Part shown: positions 27,307-36,708 of the stretch, one piece after another
Numbering within the stretch: the stretch's first letter is position 1
Layout: the number at the start of each line of letters is the position of its first letter
NCBI GenBank assembly: GCA_038258395.1
Contig: JBBSPX010000001.1
Span: forward strand, 1 to 61,912
Direction: 5' to 3'
From: Gemmatimonadales bacterium
GTDB lineage: Bacteria; Gemmatimonadota; Gemmatimonadetes; Gemmatimonadales; GWC2-71-9
Length of the DNA: 61,912 nucleotides
Notes under the pieces: generated by a model
What the model was told of the DNA's origin: nothing
The model's input: only the letters and a program-made list of their open reading frames with translations
The model's database searches: none
Position numbers and translations under genes: made by a program

Positions 27307-28772
27307 GTCGCCATGCCACAGCTCGAAGGCCGGAGCGTGACACACGCCAGGGAGTGCGCGGGGAGCGATATGGTCAGCGACAGCGTGTCGCCGTTGTTGC
27401 CTCCACTGTGCACGGCGACCGACTCGGCAACCAGGCGGCTCTCCCGCTCGAGTGCCACGACCTGACCAGGCAGCAACGAATCCGGTTCTCCCATCTCCGT
27501 CCATGCCCGCTTGGGGTTGGCGTGGTCGCTGTCGATGCGCTCAACGAGTGCCGTTGCACCTGCCCACCGACCCGTCGCACCGTGAAGGCTGACCCGCACC
27601 TCCTCGTCAGCGATGACGTGTCCGGGTAATGCGTGGTTGGTCATGAATACGTCCACCCGGTCGCGGCCGCGCACAACAAAGCAATCGACCGTGTCGTGGA
27701 ATCCATCAACGAGCAGACGTTCATCACCAAGTCGATTCATCAACTCGAAGGCTCGATACGCCGGCTTGGGAATGCCGTGGATGGTGAGCAACCCGAAGCC
27801 ACCATGAAACGGGACTGAAGAGAAAAAGTTCTCCTCGAAGATGTCCGAGAAGGTCCAGTAGGAGAAGCCATCGACGACAGTGGCGACGTTCAGGCAGGTC
27901 CGTGCGATGAACGCCGCCGCGTAGGGTTCGTCGTGGAGGTGGAAGAACGGGTTCGATGAGGTGCTCCACTCGGTATAGAACACCGGACGACCCTTGGCCT
28001 GACGCACGACGTCCCGCGCGTTCCGCTCAAGAATCCCGCGAGACGATTTCGCCAGTTGCGCTTCGGTGTCGTCGCCCGGTGCGCCGAACGCGTCGGTCGG
28101 ATACTGGTGCGTCGAGATGAAGTCGAGCGGTAGCCCTTCGCGGTCGCAGAACGAGACGAACTCCTCGATCCAGGCGTTCGACGCTGTGGCCGGTCCGCCG
28201 ACGCGGAGCGATGGGTCCACCTTCTTCAACGTCTCTGCCGTGCAGCGGTAGAGGTCGAAGTAGTCGTCCTGCGTTCCGGTCCAGAAGGCGTCGAGATTGG
28301 GCTCGTTCCAGACCTCGAAATGCCAGTTGCTCACCTCACCGATCCCGTAGCGATCAACGAGCCGGGTCGCGAATCGCTTGATGAGTTCGGCCCACCCGTC
28401 AAGATCACAGGGCGGTGTCACAATGCCGGCATACTTGAAGACAGTCTGCGAGCCGGAGCGGAGTGCCGCCGGCATGAAGCCCAGCTCCACGAAGGGGCGG
28501 ACACCAGCCTCAAGGATCCCGTCGTAGATCTGTTCGACGTTGTAGAAGGAGTAGATCGTCTTGCCCTGCTCGACCGTCATGGCCCCCACATCGTCGTCGA
28601 GGATGCCGTGAAAGCGGACATTCTTGATGCCGAGCTCGTCGTGGGCACGGCGCAACTGACTGCGCCAGTCGGAGCGAAGGGCAAGCTGCGCGTGGCCACT
28701 TCCGATGCAGCGCGACCACGCATGCGGGAGAGGCGTCCCATGCTGAGCCAGATCGGTCCGGAATTCAAGCAT
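27303..28772 (-). CDS. GH39-family glycoside hydrolase (beta-xylosidase-like)
   Basis: Acid/base block 'WHFEVWNEPNL' and nucleophile-region 'DFISTHQYPTD' in a TIM-barrel-sized protein with a beta-sandwich tail. Start trimmed to ATG 28772, giving an 8-nt overlap with the upstream gene. Confidence 0.8.
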   Translation of the reverse strand: MLEFRTDLAQHGTPLPHAWSRCIGSGHAQLALRSDWRSQLRRAHDELGIKNVRFHGILDDDVGAMTVEQGKTIYSFYNVEQIYDGILEAGVRPFVELGFMPAALRSGSQTVFKYAGIVTPPCDLDGWAELIKRFATRLVDRYGIGEVSNWHFEVWNEPNLDAFWTGTQDDYFDLYRCTAETLKKVDPSLRVGGPATASNAWIEEFVSFCDREGLPLDFISTHQYPTDAFGAPGDDTEAQLAKSSRGILERNARDVVRQAKGRPVFYTEWSTSSNPFFHLHDEPYAAAFIARTCLNVATVVDGFSYWTFSDIFEENFFSSVPFHGGFGLLTIHGIPKPAYRAFELMNRLGDERLLVDGFHDTVDCFVVRGRDRVDVFMTNHALPGHVIADEEVRVSLHGATGRWAGATALVERIDSDHANPKRAWTEMGEPDSLLPGQVVALERESRLVAESVAVHSGGNNGDTLSLTISLPAHSLACVTLRPSSCGMAT

Positions 28773-31700
28773 CGCCGATCCCGTCGCGTTGGTGCAGCGC
28801 CATCCGGATGACCTCAGCCAGGTGCATTGTCTTGCGCGGCGTTGCGCCCTCCGTCTGCTCCCGACACGAGAAGCCATCCATGATGATCAGGGTGTCGTCG
28901 CCGGCCGAACGGACCTTGGGCAGCAGCACCCGCTCGCCCGCACGCATCGAGATGTCGTACTTGTCCTTGGAGAAACCGTAGGAGCCCGCAAGCCCGCAAC
29001 AGCCTGCGTCAAGCACGTCGAGGTCCATGCCCATCGCCTTCAACACGGCAAGCTCGGCGTCCATCTGCATGATCGCCTTGTGCTGGCAGTGCCCGTGCAC
29101 GACCGCCTTGCGCTCCAGTCTCGGTGGTACGTAGCGCTGCCTCACCAGGAACTCACTCAGGAGAAAGGTGCTATGCGCGAGGCGCCGGGCATCCTCGTCG
29201 CGCGGGAAGAGGTTCACCAGCTCGTCGCGGAAGGCCGCCACACAACTCGGCTCGAGCCCGACAATCGGCACGCCGTCACGTAGCCAGGGGCGCAGCACAG
29301 TCAGGGTCTGCTGCCACAATTTCTCCGCGAGAGTCAACATCCCGAAATCGTACAACGGACGACCACAGCAGAGCGGTCGAGGCGGGATCTCCACCGTGTA
29401 GCCGGCACGCTCCAGGACCTCGACGGCCGCACGTCCGATCTCGGGCTTCAGATAGTTGTTGAAGGTGTCGGGCCACAACAGCACCCGCCGAGTGGCGAAG
29501 GGCTTCGACTCGGCATGGATGTTGAGCCGCTTGCCATCGCCCTGGTGAGGGTTCGTGGTGTTGTCGTAGGTGTCCAACCGATACCGAGGCAGATCCTCGT
29601 ATCCCAACGCGTCGTCAGATGCCACCTCCGTTGCTCCACCGGGAGCTGCCTCGTCTGCCGGCCAAGGCGCGCCGCGCGAGCGGAACCAGCTCGTGAAGGT
29701 CGGCGACGCGAATTGCGGTATCTGGCGCTCCTGAGCGATGCCGCCGAGTGCCTTGAGCAAGGTGGAGAACGGCCGCGTCCGGGTGAAGAAGTTGACCACC
29801 GGTGCGATCGGTGCGGCGAGGCGGGACCACCAGTAGATCAAGCCCATCGAGTACGCGGGCATGGGCCGCAGGCGGTGCTCGTAGTAGTGCGAGAGGTATT
29901 CGGCCTTGTACGTCGCCATGTCGACGTTGACCGGGCATTCGTTCTTGCACCCCTTGCAGGCGAGACACAGGTCGAGCGCGTCCTTGACATGTTCGTCGCG
30001 CCAACCTTTGGCGATCACATCGCCTCGCAACATCTCGAACAGCAAGCGGGAACGCCCGCGGGTGGAGTCCTCCTCCTCGCGCGTCACCATGTAGCTCGGG
30101 CACATGGTGCCGCCCTGGTCGCTCCGGCACTTGCCTACACCGACACAGCGGCTGACGGCATTGCCGAACGAGAAGTTGTCTTCCGGAAACTTGAAGTGTG
30201 TCTCCAGCACCGGAGGTTCGAAGTCGGGCCCCCGGCGCAGGTTCTCATCCGGCGTGTAGGGGTCGACAACCTTGTTCGGGTTCATCCGGCATGTGGGGTC
30301 CCAGATCCGCTTGAACTCGCCGAAGGCGCGCACCAGATCGTCGCCGTACATGATCGGCAACAACGCGGCTCGCGCCTGGCCATCCCCATGCTCGCCCGAC
30401 AACGAGCCACCGTTGTCCACGACCAGATGCGCCGCCTTCTCCAGAAATTGCAGCCACTGCCTGACGCCTTCCCGGGTCGCGAGGTCGAAGTCGATTCGGC
30501 AATGGATGCAACCCTGACCGAAATGCCCATACAGCGCGCAGTCGTAGCCGAACTCGTCGAGCAGATCACGAAAGCTCCGCAGGTACGTACCGACGTTCTC
30601 CGGGGCCACCGCCGCATCCTCCCAGCCCGGATGAGAATCGGGCATTCCCGCGACGTGCGCGGTCGCACCGAGGCCCGATTCGCGCACCTGCCAGAGCTGG
30701 TCCATCTCCCATTGGCTGGTGAACAGCTTCGCGTCGGGTGAATCGTCCTTGCCTTCGAGTTCCTCCATGAGCTGGCGCGCCTGTGCTTCGGCTTCGTCCC
30801 TGGTGTCACCCCCGAACTCGACGAACAGGAACCCGCGCCCCTCAGGGAGCAGCGCGATATCGGCAGGATACATCCCCTTCTTCTGCATGTAGCCGATCAA
30901 CTTGTGGTCGATCCCTTCGCAACCGGTCGGCCGATGCGACATGATCTCGGGCACGTGGTCCCCGGCATCGTACACACTCGGGTACCCGAGCACCAACAGC
31001 ACGCGCTCGGGGATGTATCGCTGGAGCAGAACACGTGCAGAGAGAATGACCACACAGGTCCCCTCAGACCCCACCAGCGCCCGGGCGACGTCGAAGCCGT
31101 GCTCGGGCAGCAGGAAGTCGAGATTGAACCCCGACACCCGGCGCGGAATGTCCGGATACCGAGTCCGGATTTCCTGAGCGTAGATGTCGCGCAACTTCTT
31201 GAGGTCGGCGTAGATCTCACCCCGTCTCCCGCCCGACTGGATGATCTGTTCCAGCGCATCATCGTCGGTGGCACCAACGGTCATCCGCTCGCCGTCGTAG
31301 GTGATGATGTCGAGCGATTCGACCTGATGGACCGTCAGGGGTCCATGCCCATAGAACTGGGCCATCACCGAATGGATCCCACAGGAATTGTTGCCGATCA
31401 TGCCACCCAGGGTGTTGCGGGAATGGGTCGCCGGATCGGGGCCGTAGGTCAGGCCATGCTCCTGCTGCGCCTTGAAGCGGAGCGTGTCGAGGATGCAGCC
31501 CGGCTGCACGGTCGCGGTGCCTGACTCCGGATCTATCTCGAGGACGGCATCCATGTATTTCGAGAAGTCGATGATCACGGCGACGTTGGTGGTCTGTCCG
31601 GCCAGACTCGTTCCGCCGCCCCGGGAGGTGATGGGCGCACCGTGCTTGTGGCACAGCCGCACGGTCTCGATGACGTCTTTCTCGTCTTTGGGTAAGACCA

Positions 31701-31944
31701 CGCCAATCGGCACCTGGCGGTAGTTCGACGCGTCGGTGGAATACGTGGCCCGGCTGCCAGTGTCGAACCGGACTTCGCCGCGCACCGCAGCGGCCAGCTC
31801 CCGCTCGAGATCCTGGGCATAGCCGGGCTGATCGGCCGTGAAGTCTGGACGGTCGGTCACCGTGCGCATGCCATCGTAGTGCTCGTACTTCGGTTCGAGC
31901 TGTACTACTGGTAGGCTGAACGTCCGTCCATCGTGCTTACCCAT
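28765..31944 (-). CDS. FAD-linked oxidase fused to an Fe-S (GlcF/CCG-type) domain; YdiJ-like D-2-hydroxyacid dehydrogenase
   Basis: 1059 aa. The N-terminal FAD-binding PCMH domain contains 'ITSRGGGTSLAGQ'. Central ferredoxin-type Cys clusters are 'CVGVGKCR...CPS' and 'CLACKGCKNECP'. The C-terminal Cys-rich CCG repeats are 'PLCCGRP' and 'AGCCGLAGSYG'. Confidence 0.9.
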   Translation of the reverse strand: MGKHDGRTFSLPVVQLEPKYEHYDGMRTVTDRPDFTADQPGYAQDLERELAAAVRGEVRFDTGSRATYSTDASNYRQVPIGVVLPKDEKDVIETVRLCHKHGAPITSRGGGTSLAGQTTNVAVIIDFSKYMDAVLEIDPESGTATVQPGCILDTLRFKAQQEHGLTYGPDPATHSRNTLGGMIGNNSCGIHSVMAQFYGHGPLTVHQVESLDIITYDGERMTVGATDDDALEQIIQSGGRRGEIYADLKKLRDIYAQEIRTRYPDIPRRVSGFNLDFLLPEHGFDVARALVGSEGTCVVILSARVLLQRYIPERVLLVLGYPSVYDAGDHVPEIMSHRPTGCEGIDHKLIGYMQKKGMYPADIALLPEGRGFLFVEFGGDTRDEAEAQARQLMEELEGKDDSPDAKLFTSQWEMDQLWQVRESGLGATAHVAGMPDSHPGWEDAAVAPENVGTYLRSFRDLLDEFGYDCALYGHFGQGCIHCRIDFDLATREGVRQWLQFLEKAAHLVVDNGGSLSGEHGDGQARAALLPIMYGDDLVRAFGEFKRIWDPTCRMNPNKVVDPYTPDENLRRGPDFEPPVLETHFKFPEDNFSFGNAVSRCVGVGKCRSDQGGTMCPSYMVTREEEDSTRGRSRLLFEMLRGDVIAKGWRDEHVKDALDLCLACKGCKNECPVNVDMATYKAEYLSHYYEHRLRPMPAYSMGLIYWWSRLAAPIAPVVNFFTRTRPFSTLLKALGGIAQERQIPQFASPTFTSWFRSRGAPWPADEAAPGGATEVASDDALGYEDLPRYRLDTYDNTTNPHQGDGKRLNIHAESKPFATRRVLLWPDTFNNYLKPEIGRAAVEVLERAGYTVEIPPRPLCCGRPLYDFGMLTLAEKLWQQTLTVLRPWLRDGVPIVGLEPSCVAAFRDELVNLFPRDEDARRLAHSTFLLSEFLVRQRYVPPRLERKAVVHGHCQHKAIMQMDAELAVLKAMGMDLDVLDAGCCGLAGSYGFSKDKYDISMRAGERVLLPKVRSAGDDTLIIMDGFSCREQTEGATPRKTMHLAEVIRMALHQRDGIGDA

Positions 31945-31968
31945 CTGTGCGCTCCTTTGGGTGCCGAG

Positions 31969-33087
31969 CTACGGAATCTGCACGGCGTACTGCTCGGCAT
32001 CCCCTCGCTTGAATTCGATCCCCAGTCCGGGCCTCGTCAGGTCGGGATGCAATCGCCCATTCACGGGAACCAGCACTCCATCGAACAACATCCGCTCGAT
32101 CCTGGCGTGGTCGTAGAAGTATTCGAGGTGTCTGAGTGGTCGGGCCGCACACCCCGCGTGGACATGAATTGAGGGTGCGGTATGCGACGAGAACGGGAGT
32201 TCGAAGCCTTCGCAGAGTGTGGCTGCCGCCATGAATCCGGTGATGCCACCGCAGCGCGTGGCGTCGGCCTGCAACACGTCGACCGCTCCAGCCTCGAGCA
32301 TGCGGCGGAAGTACACGACGTCGTAGCCGTACTCACCGGCCGTGATCTCCATCCCTGCGGGAGCTCGATCGCGGAGGAGTCTCAGGCCGTTCAGGTCGTC
32401 CGATGAGACCGGCTCCTCGAACCAGCTCACGTCGTACTCGACGAAGCGTTCGGCAAAGACCAGCGCCTCCTTCCGTCCGTAGGCGGCGTTCGCATCGACG
32501 AACAGTTCCGCCTCCGGCCCGATGGCTTCCCGCGCTGCCCTGACGCGCTCGAGATCATTCTCCGGCTCGCGCCCGATCTTCATCTTGACCGCGGTGATCC
32601 CCTGCTCGACCCAGCCGCCGAGCTGAGCCTGCAGCTGGTCGAGCGAGTAGGAGGTGAATCCACCGCTGCCATAGACCCGGACGGAGTCGCGCACCGCCCC
32701 GAGCAGACTCACCAGCGGCAGGCCAAGGAGTTTCGCCTTGAGATCCCAGAGCGCGGTGTCGACCGCCGCGACCGCCATCGAACAAATGCCCGGACGACCG
32801 AGGTTGCGGATGGCATGGAGCATGGCGGACCTCGTTCCCGGAATGTCCATCGCCCTGCTCCCAATCACCACCTCCACGAGCGTGCTGCGGATGAGAGAGG
32901 CGGTCGCGGTGTCGGCATAGCTGTACCCGATGCTCCGACATCCACCGGCCTCGGCCTCCACCACCACCAGTGTCGTCGACTCCCATTGCAGGGTGCCATC
33001 GGATTCGGGCGATTCGGTCGGGATCGTGTAGGCGCTCACGTCGAGCCGAGTGACCTCGGCGTCGACATCAGTCTCCACGGTGATCAT
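31969..33087 (-). CDS. Enolase-superfamily enzyme (mandelate racemase / muconate-lactonizing family; likely an acid-sugar dehydratase)
   Basis: Capping domain 'AVDTALWDLKAKLLGLPL'. Barrel metal-ligand blocks are 'LFVDANAAY', 'WFEEP' and 'LQADATRCGGI'. Confidence 0.85.
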   Translation of the reverse strand: MITVETDVDAEVTRLDVSAYTIPTESPESDGTLQWESTTLVVVEAEAGGCRSIGYSYADTATASLIRSTLVEVVIGSRAMDIPGTRSAMLHAIRNLGRPGICSMAVAAVDTALWDLKAKLLGLPLVSLLGAVRDSVRVYGSGGFTSYSLDQLQAQLGGWVEQGITAVKMKIGREPENDLERVRAAREAIGPEAELFVDANAAYGRKEALVFAERFVEYDVSWFEEPVSSDDLNGLRLLRDRAPAGMEITAGEYGYDVVYFRRMLEAGAVDVLQADATRCGGITGFMAAATLCEGFELPFSSHTAPSIHVHAGCAARPLRHLEYFYDHARIERMLFDGVLVPVNGRLHPDLTRPGLGIEFKRGDAEQYAVQIP

Positions 33088-34927
33088 GGTCGGGGTCGCC
33101 AGCCTGCTTCTTGTCGTGGCCGATATGCAGAGCGTTCTTCGCCTTCTGGGCCCCTTCGGCCACGAGGGCCTTGGCAGATGCCTTGACCACGTCCCAGCCG
33201 TCGGGATCGCCCTTCAGGAGAGCAAGGGCGGTGTCCTTGGCGTACTCCGCCGAGATATGCGGCGGCAGTGGCGGGACGTCCTTGTCGGTATGGAAGTCCA
33301 GCAGGGTGACCCCCTGGTAGGCGAATGCCTTATCCCACGCAGCGCCGACGTCCTCGGCCCGGGTGACCTTGATCCCCTTGAACCCGAACACCTCGGCGTA
33401 GGCCGCGTAGTCCATCGTCTGCACGTCCTGCGAGCCGGTCCACCGCGGGTTGGCATCCTCGGTACGCATCTCCCACGACACCTGGGTCAGATCGTTGTTG
33501 TGAAGCACCATGATGATGAACTGCGGATTCTCCCACTCGTTCATGTACTTCTTGATGGTGATCAGCTCGTTCATCCCCAACATCTGAAACGCGCCATCTC
33601 CGATGGTACAGATCACCGGGCGTTCCGAGAACGCGAGTTTCGCGGCAACCGCGTAGGGCATCGCCGCCAACATCGTCGCGAGCCGTCCGGACAAGTCACC
33701 CATCATGCCGTGTCGCAGCCGAATGTGGTGACCGTACCAGTCGGCCGTCGAGCCAGCATCGCAGGTGATGATCGCATCCTGGGGAAGACGCTCGTTCAAT
33801 TCGTAGTAGACGAGCCGCGGACTGATCGGATCAGCCTCGACGTGGGCGAGTTCCACCATGACGCGTTCCCAGTCCTCCATCCCCGCAGCGATCTCCTGCT
33901 GCCAACCCAGATCGTCTTGCTGATCGAGGTAGGGAATGAGTGCCGCAAGCGTCGCCTTGACGTCACCCCAGATATTCAGTTCCATCGGGTACCGCACGCT
34001 CAGGTGTCCCGGGTTCAAGTCGACCTGGATGCCGCGCGCCTGACCAGTCTCCGGCAGGAAGTTCGAGTAGGGGTAGTTGGTACCGAGCATCAGCAGCGTG
34101 TCGCACTCCTGCATCATCCGATAGCTCGGCATCGTGCCGAGCAGTCCGAGTTGCTGCGTGTGGAACGGCACCTCGGAGGAGATGACCTGCTTGCCCCTGA
34201 GGGTGGTGATGATCCCGGCCCCAGTCTTCCTGGCCACCGCCAGTACCTCCTCGGTCGCGCCGTTGGCACCGTGGCCGACGAGGAGGGCAACCTTGCGGCC
34301 GTCATTGAGGATCTGAGCCGCCCGCTTGATCTCGTCCTCGGGTGGGCGGAGCTGAGTCGCAGGCCCTCCGACGCCACTCCGCGACACCCATTGCTGCCGT
34401 ATCGGTTCTTCCATTTCCATCGCCTGGACGTCGTGCGGGAGGATGATGACGGTGGGTTGCAACCGTGTCCTGGCGATCCGGAAGGCGCGGTCGACGACGA
34501 CCTGCGCCTGCATTGGCGACACGACCGTCTGCACATAGGCGGCAACATCCGCGAAGACGCGTTCGAGGTTGTTCTCCTGTTGAAACGCGCTCCCGAGCGA
34601 ATCGAGGCCTTGCTGCCCCACGATGGCCACAACGGGTTGGTTGTCCATCATCGCGTCGTACAGGCCATTCAACATGTGGAACGCGCCCGGACTCGAGGTG
34701 GCCACGCAGACACCGAATTCGCCAGTGAACTTGGCGTGCGCCGTGGCCATCAGGGCGCAGATCTCCTCGTGGGTCGGCCGGATGTACATGAGCGGCAGGC
34801 CCTCCCGATCGGCCCTCCCGAGCGCCCCGTCAAAGGCGCCGATGCCGTCGCCGGGAAAGCCGAACACCCGGGTGACACCCCAGTCGAGCAACCGCTTGAT
34901 GACAAAATCGCTGACAGTATCTGACAT
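33068..34927 (-). CDS. Thiamine-diphosphate enzyme of the pyruvate oxidase / PoxB / acetolactate-synthase-like family
   Basis: 'VFGFPGDGIGAFDGAL', 'CVATSSPGAFHMLNGLYDA' and the TPP-binding 'GDGAFQMLGMNELITI...NN' motif. Confidence 0.9.
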   Translation of the reverse strand: MSDTVSDFVIKRLLDWGVTRVFGFPGDGIGAFDGALGRADREGLPLMYIRPTHEEICALMATAHAKFTGEFGVCVATSSPGAFHMLNGLYDAMMDNQPVVAIVGQQGLDSLGSAFQQENNLERVFADVAAYVQTVVSPMQAQVVVDRAFRIARTRLQPTVIILPHDVQAMEMEEPIRQQWVSRSGVGGPATQLRPPEDEIKRAAQILNDGRKVALLVGHGANGATEEVLAVARKTGAGIITTLRGKQVISSEVPFHTQQLGLLGTMPSYRMMQECDTLLMLGTNYPYSNFLPETGQARGIQVDLNPGHLSVRYPMELNIWGDVKATLAALIPYLDQQDDLGWQQEIAAGMEDWERVMVELAHVEADPISPRLVYYELNERLPQDAIITCDAGSTADWYGHHIRLRHGMMGDLSGRLATMLAAMPYAVAAKLAFSERPVICTIGDGAFQMLGMNELITIKKYMNEWENPQFIIMVLHNNDLTQVSWEMRTEDANPRWTGSQDVQTMDYAAYAEVFGFKGIKVTRAEDVGAAWDKAFAYQGVTLLDFHTDKDVPPLPPHISAEYAKDTALALLKGDPDGWDVVKASAKALVAEGAQKAKNALHIGHDKKQAGDPDHDHRGD

Positions 34928-34932
34928 GGGTT

Positions 34933-35322
34933 CTACTCCTGACTCTCTGAATACGCGATGGTGCTGAGCAATGCGAGTTCAGCCTGTCTGGAGTCCAATC
35001 GTGTGTGTTGGATCACCACCGGCACGCTCGCGATGAAGACGCTTGCATAGCCGGTGGCCCTCGGAACCGGTTCCGGAGTGACCAGGTCATTGAAGCGCAT
35101 ATGAATGGTCCGCCGCGCTGGAACGGTGAACTCGTAGGGACCAACCGGCTCACGATCAGTGAAGTAGAGCGTGAGTGCGATGTGGGCATCCTCGTCGGAG
35201 GTGTTCAGGATGCAGGCGGCTTCGTGGCTGACAAGCGCGTGTGCGTCCTGAGCGTCATGACTCCGGTCGGGGATATACCCTTCGGGGATGGCCCAGCATG
35301 TCCGACCCACGGCCTTAGCCAC
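34933..35322 (-). CDS. Sensory-rhodopsin-transducer (ASRT) family protein
   Basis: 'GRTCWAIPEGYIP', 'SHEAACILNTSDEDAHIALTLYF', 'PVGPYEFTVPARRTIHMRFNDL' and 'VVIQHTRLDSRQAELALLSTIAY' are collinear with the ASRT / TM1070 family as I remember it. Confidence 0.85.
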   Translation of the reverse strand: MAKAVGRTCWAIPEGYIPDRSHDAQDAHALVSHEAACILNTSDEDAHIALTLYFTDREPVGPYEFTVPARRTIHMRFNDLVTPEPVPRATGYASVFIASVPVVIQHTRLDSRQAELALLSTIAYSESQE

Positions 35323-36367
35323 GGTGACGCCTCCCCCTGCTCCCCCGAATCACCATGCCGCCGGCCAGGAGCCCACCAGCCACCAACCCGAGAGCAAGAG
35401 TGAGCTTGCCCCTGTTCTCGGTGAGCTGGAGTGCCCGACTGTGATCTGTTGCTCGGTCGTCGAACGATCCGTGGGCCCCGTGATCGATGTCGTCGTCCTG
35501 CGGGTCCCACAGGTTGTGCGGACGGCTCGGGTCGGCGGGCTCGTCGGTCTGTTGGGACGCATAGCCGGTGTTGCCGAGATAGCGATCGAGCAGCCCTGGC
35601 GCGACCTTCTGGCCCAGGATCGCTTCATAGGTCGGGCTGCCCACCCACAGTTCCCGTCGGTCGTGGTCGGCCGCCCAGACAATCGCCTGGGCGGCAACCT
35701 CCGGCTGAAAAATTGGCGGCACCGGTTGCGCCGAGTTTGGCAGGCGGCTCTTGACCCAGCCGAACTGCGGCGTGTTGAGGGCCGGCATGTGCACCACCGT
35801 GATCCCGACTCCGGAGCCGTCGTGGATCAGTTCGCAACGCAACGAATCGGTGAACCCGACGATCGCGTGCTTGGCTGCGCAGTACGCTGCCTGCAATGGG
35901 ATGGAACGATAGGCGAGCGCTGATCCCACCTGGATGATCTTGCCTCGGTCGCGCGGGAGCATGCGCCGCAGCGCGGCGAGCGTGCCGTAGACCACGCCGA
36001 GATAGGTGACCTCGGTCACCCGCTTGAACTCGGCCGGCTCCATCTCCTTGACGGGCGAGAACACCGAGGTCATCGCGTTGTTCACCCAGACGTCGATCGG
36101 GCCGAACTCATTCTCGACCTCTGTGGCGGCGTGCTCCACCGCGTCGGAGTCGGCGACGTCTGTGGGCACCACGATCGCTCTCCCACCTGCCTGTTCGGCG
36201 TCGCGACGAGCGCCTTCGAGTCCGGCCTTCCCCCGAGCGAGCAGGCCGATATGCGCTCCGCGCTCGGCAAAGGCCTTCACCGTCGCCCGTCCCACCCCGG
36301 CGCTGGCGCCGGTGATCACGACAACTTCGGGACCGTCGTGTCCTGCTTCCGCATCTTTCGATGTCAT
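35315..36367 (-). CDS. Short-chain dehydrogenase/reductase with C-terminal membrane anchor
   Basis: 'VVVITGASAGVGRA' Rossmann motif, 'NNAM', catalytic 'YCAAKHA' and a hydrophobic tail 'LALGLVAGGLLAGGMVI'. Confidence 0.9.
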   Translation of the reverse strand: MTSKDAEAGHDGPEVVVITGASAGVGRATVKAFAERGAHIGLLARGKAGLEGARRDAEQAGGRAIVVPTDVADSDAVEHAATEVENEFGPIDVWVNNAMTSVFSPVKEMEPAEFKRVTEVTYLGVVYGTLAALRRMLPRDRGKIIQVGSALAYRSIPLQAAYCAAKHAIVGFTDSLRCELIHDGSGVGITVVHMPALNTPQFGWVKSRLPNSAQPVPPIFQPEVAAQAIVWAADHDRRELWVGSPTYEAILGQKVAPGLLDRYLGNTGYASQQTDEPADPSRPHNLWDPQDDDIDHGAHGSFDDRATDHSRALQLTENRGKLTLALGLVAGGLLAGGMVIRGSRGRRHRG

Positions 36368-36708
36368 GTGTCGCCTCGCGCTACGAACTTGTTGGCGTGC
36401 TCGAGCCCCGCCACTGTACCTCTCCTACGCAGCCCGCATGACGATTGATTCGGCTGGAGGAGCACTGCCGGGACGTCGGAAACCTTGGCAGGCTTCGTGA
36501 CCGGGGAGGTCGATGAGGTCATGCGGGTCGCTCCTCTCGTTCGCGTGCATGCATTCGACGGCTGGGGCGGGGTCGGATGCACGGAAGACTGTGCGAGCGT
36601 GGTGTGTCACGGTACCACGAAAGTGCAATACCATTGAGAGATACGGGCTGTCGGTGAGAGACGCAACTGGCGACCGTCCGGATACGTCACAGGTGCGGCT
36701 TCCGGCGG

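Noticed and set aside
29515-30741. 408-aa plus ORF (and several 100-200-aa ORFs) inside the FAD/Fe-S dehydrogenase gene
   Set aside because: It is an antisense artefact with no motifs. The minus frame has FAD-binding and Cys-cluster signatures.
33050-34924. 624-aa plus-strand ORF antisense to the TPP enzyme
   Set aside because: This is the same antisense-frame artefact. The minus-strand product has canonical TPP-enzyme blocks along its full length.
36364-36582. 72-codon GTG ORF with an ATGA overlap onto the SDR start
   Set aside because: It has a low-complexity T/P/S/R composition, only moderate GC3 compared with neighbouring genes, and no SD. It is reported as a question in the findings rather than as a feature.
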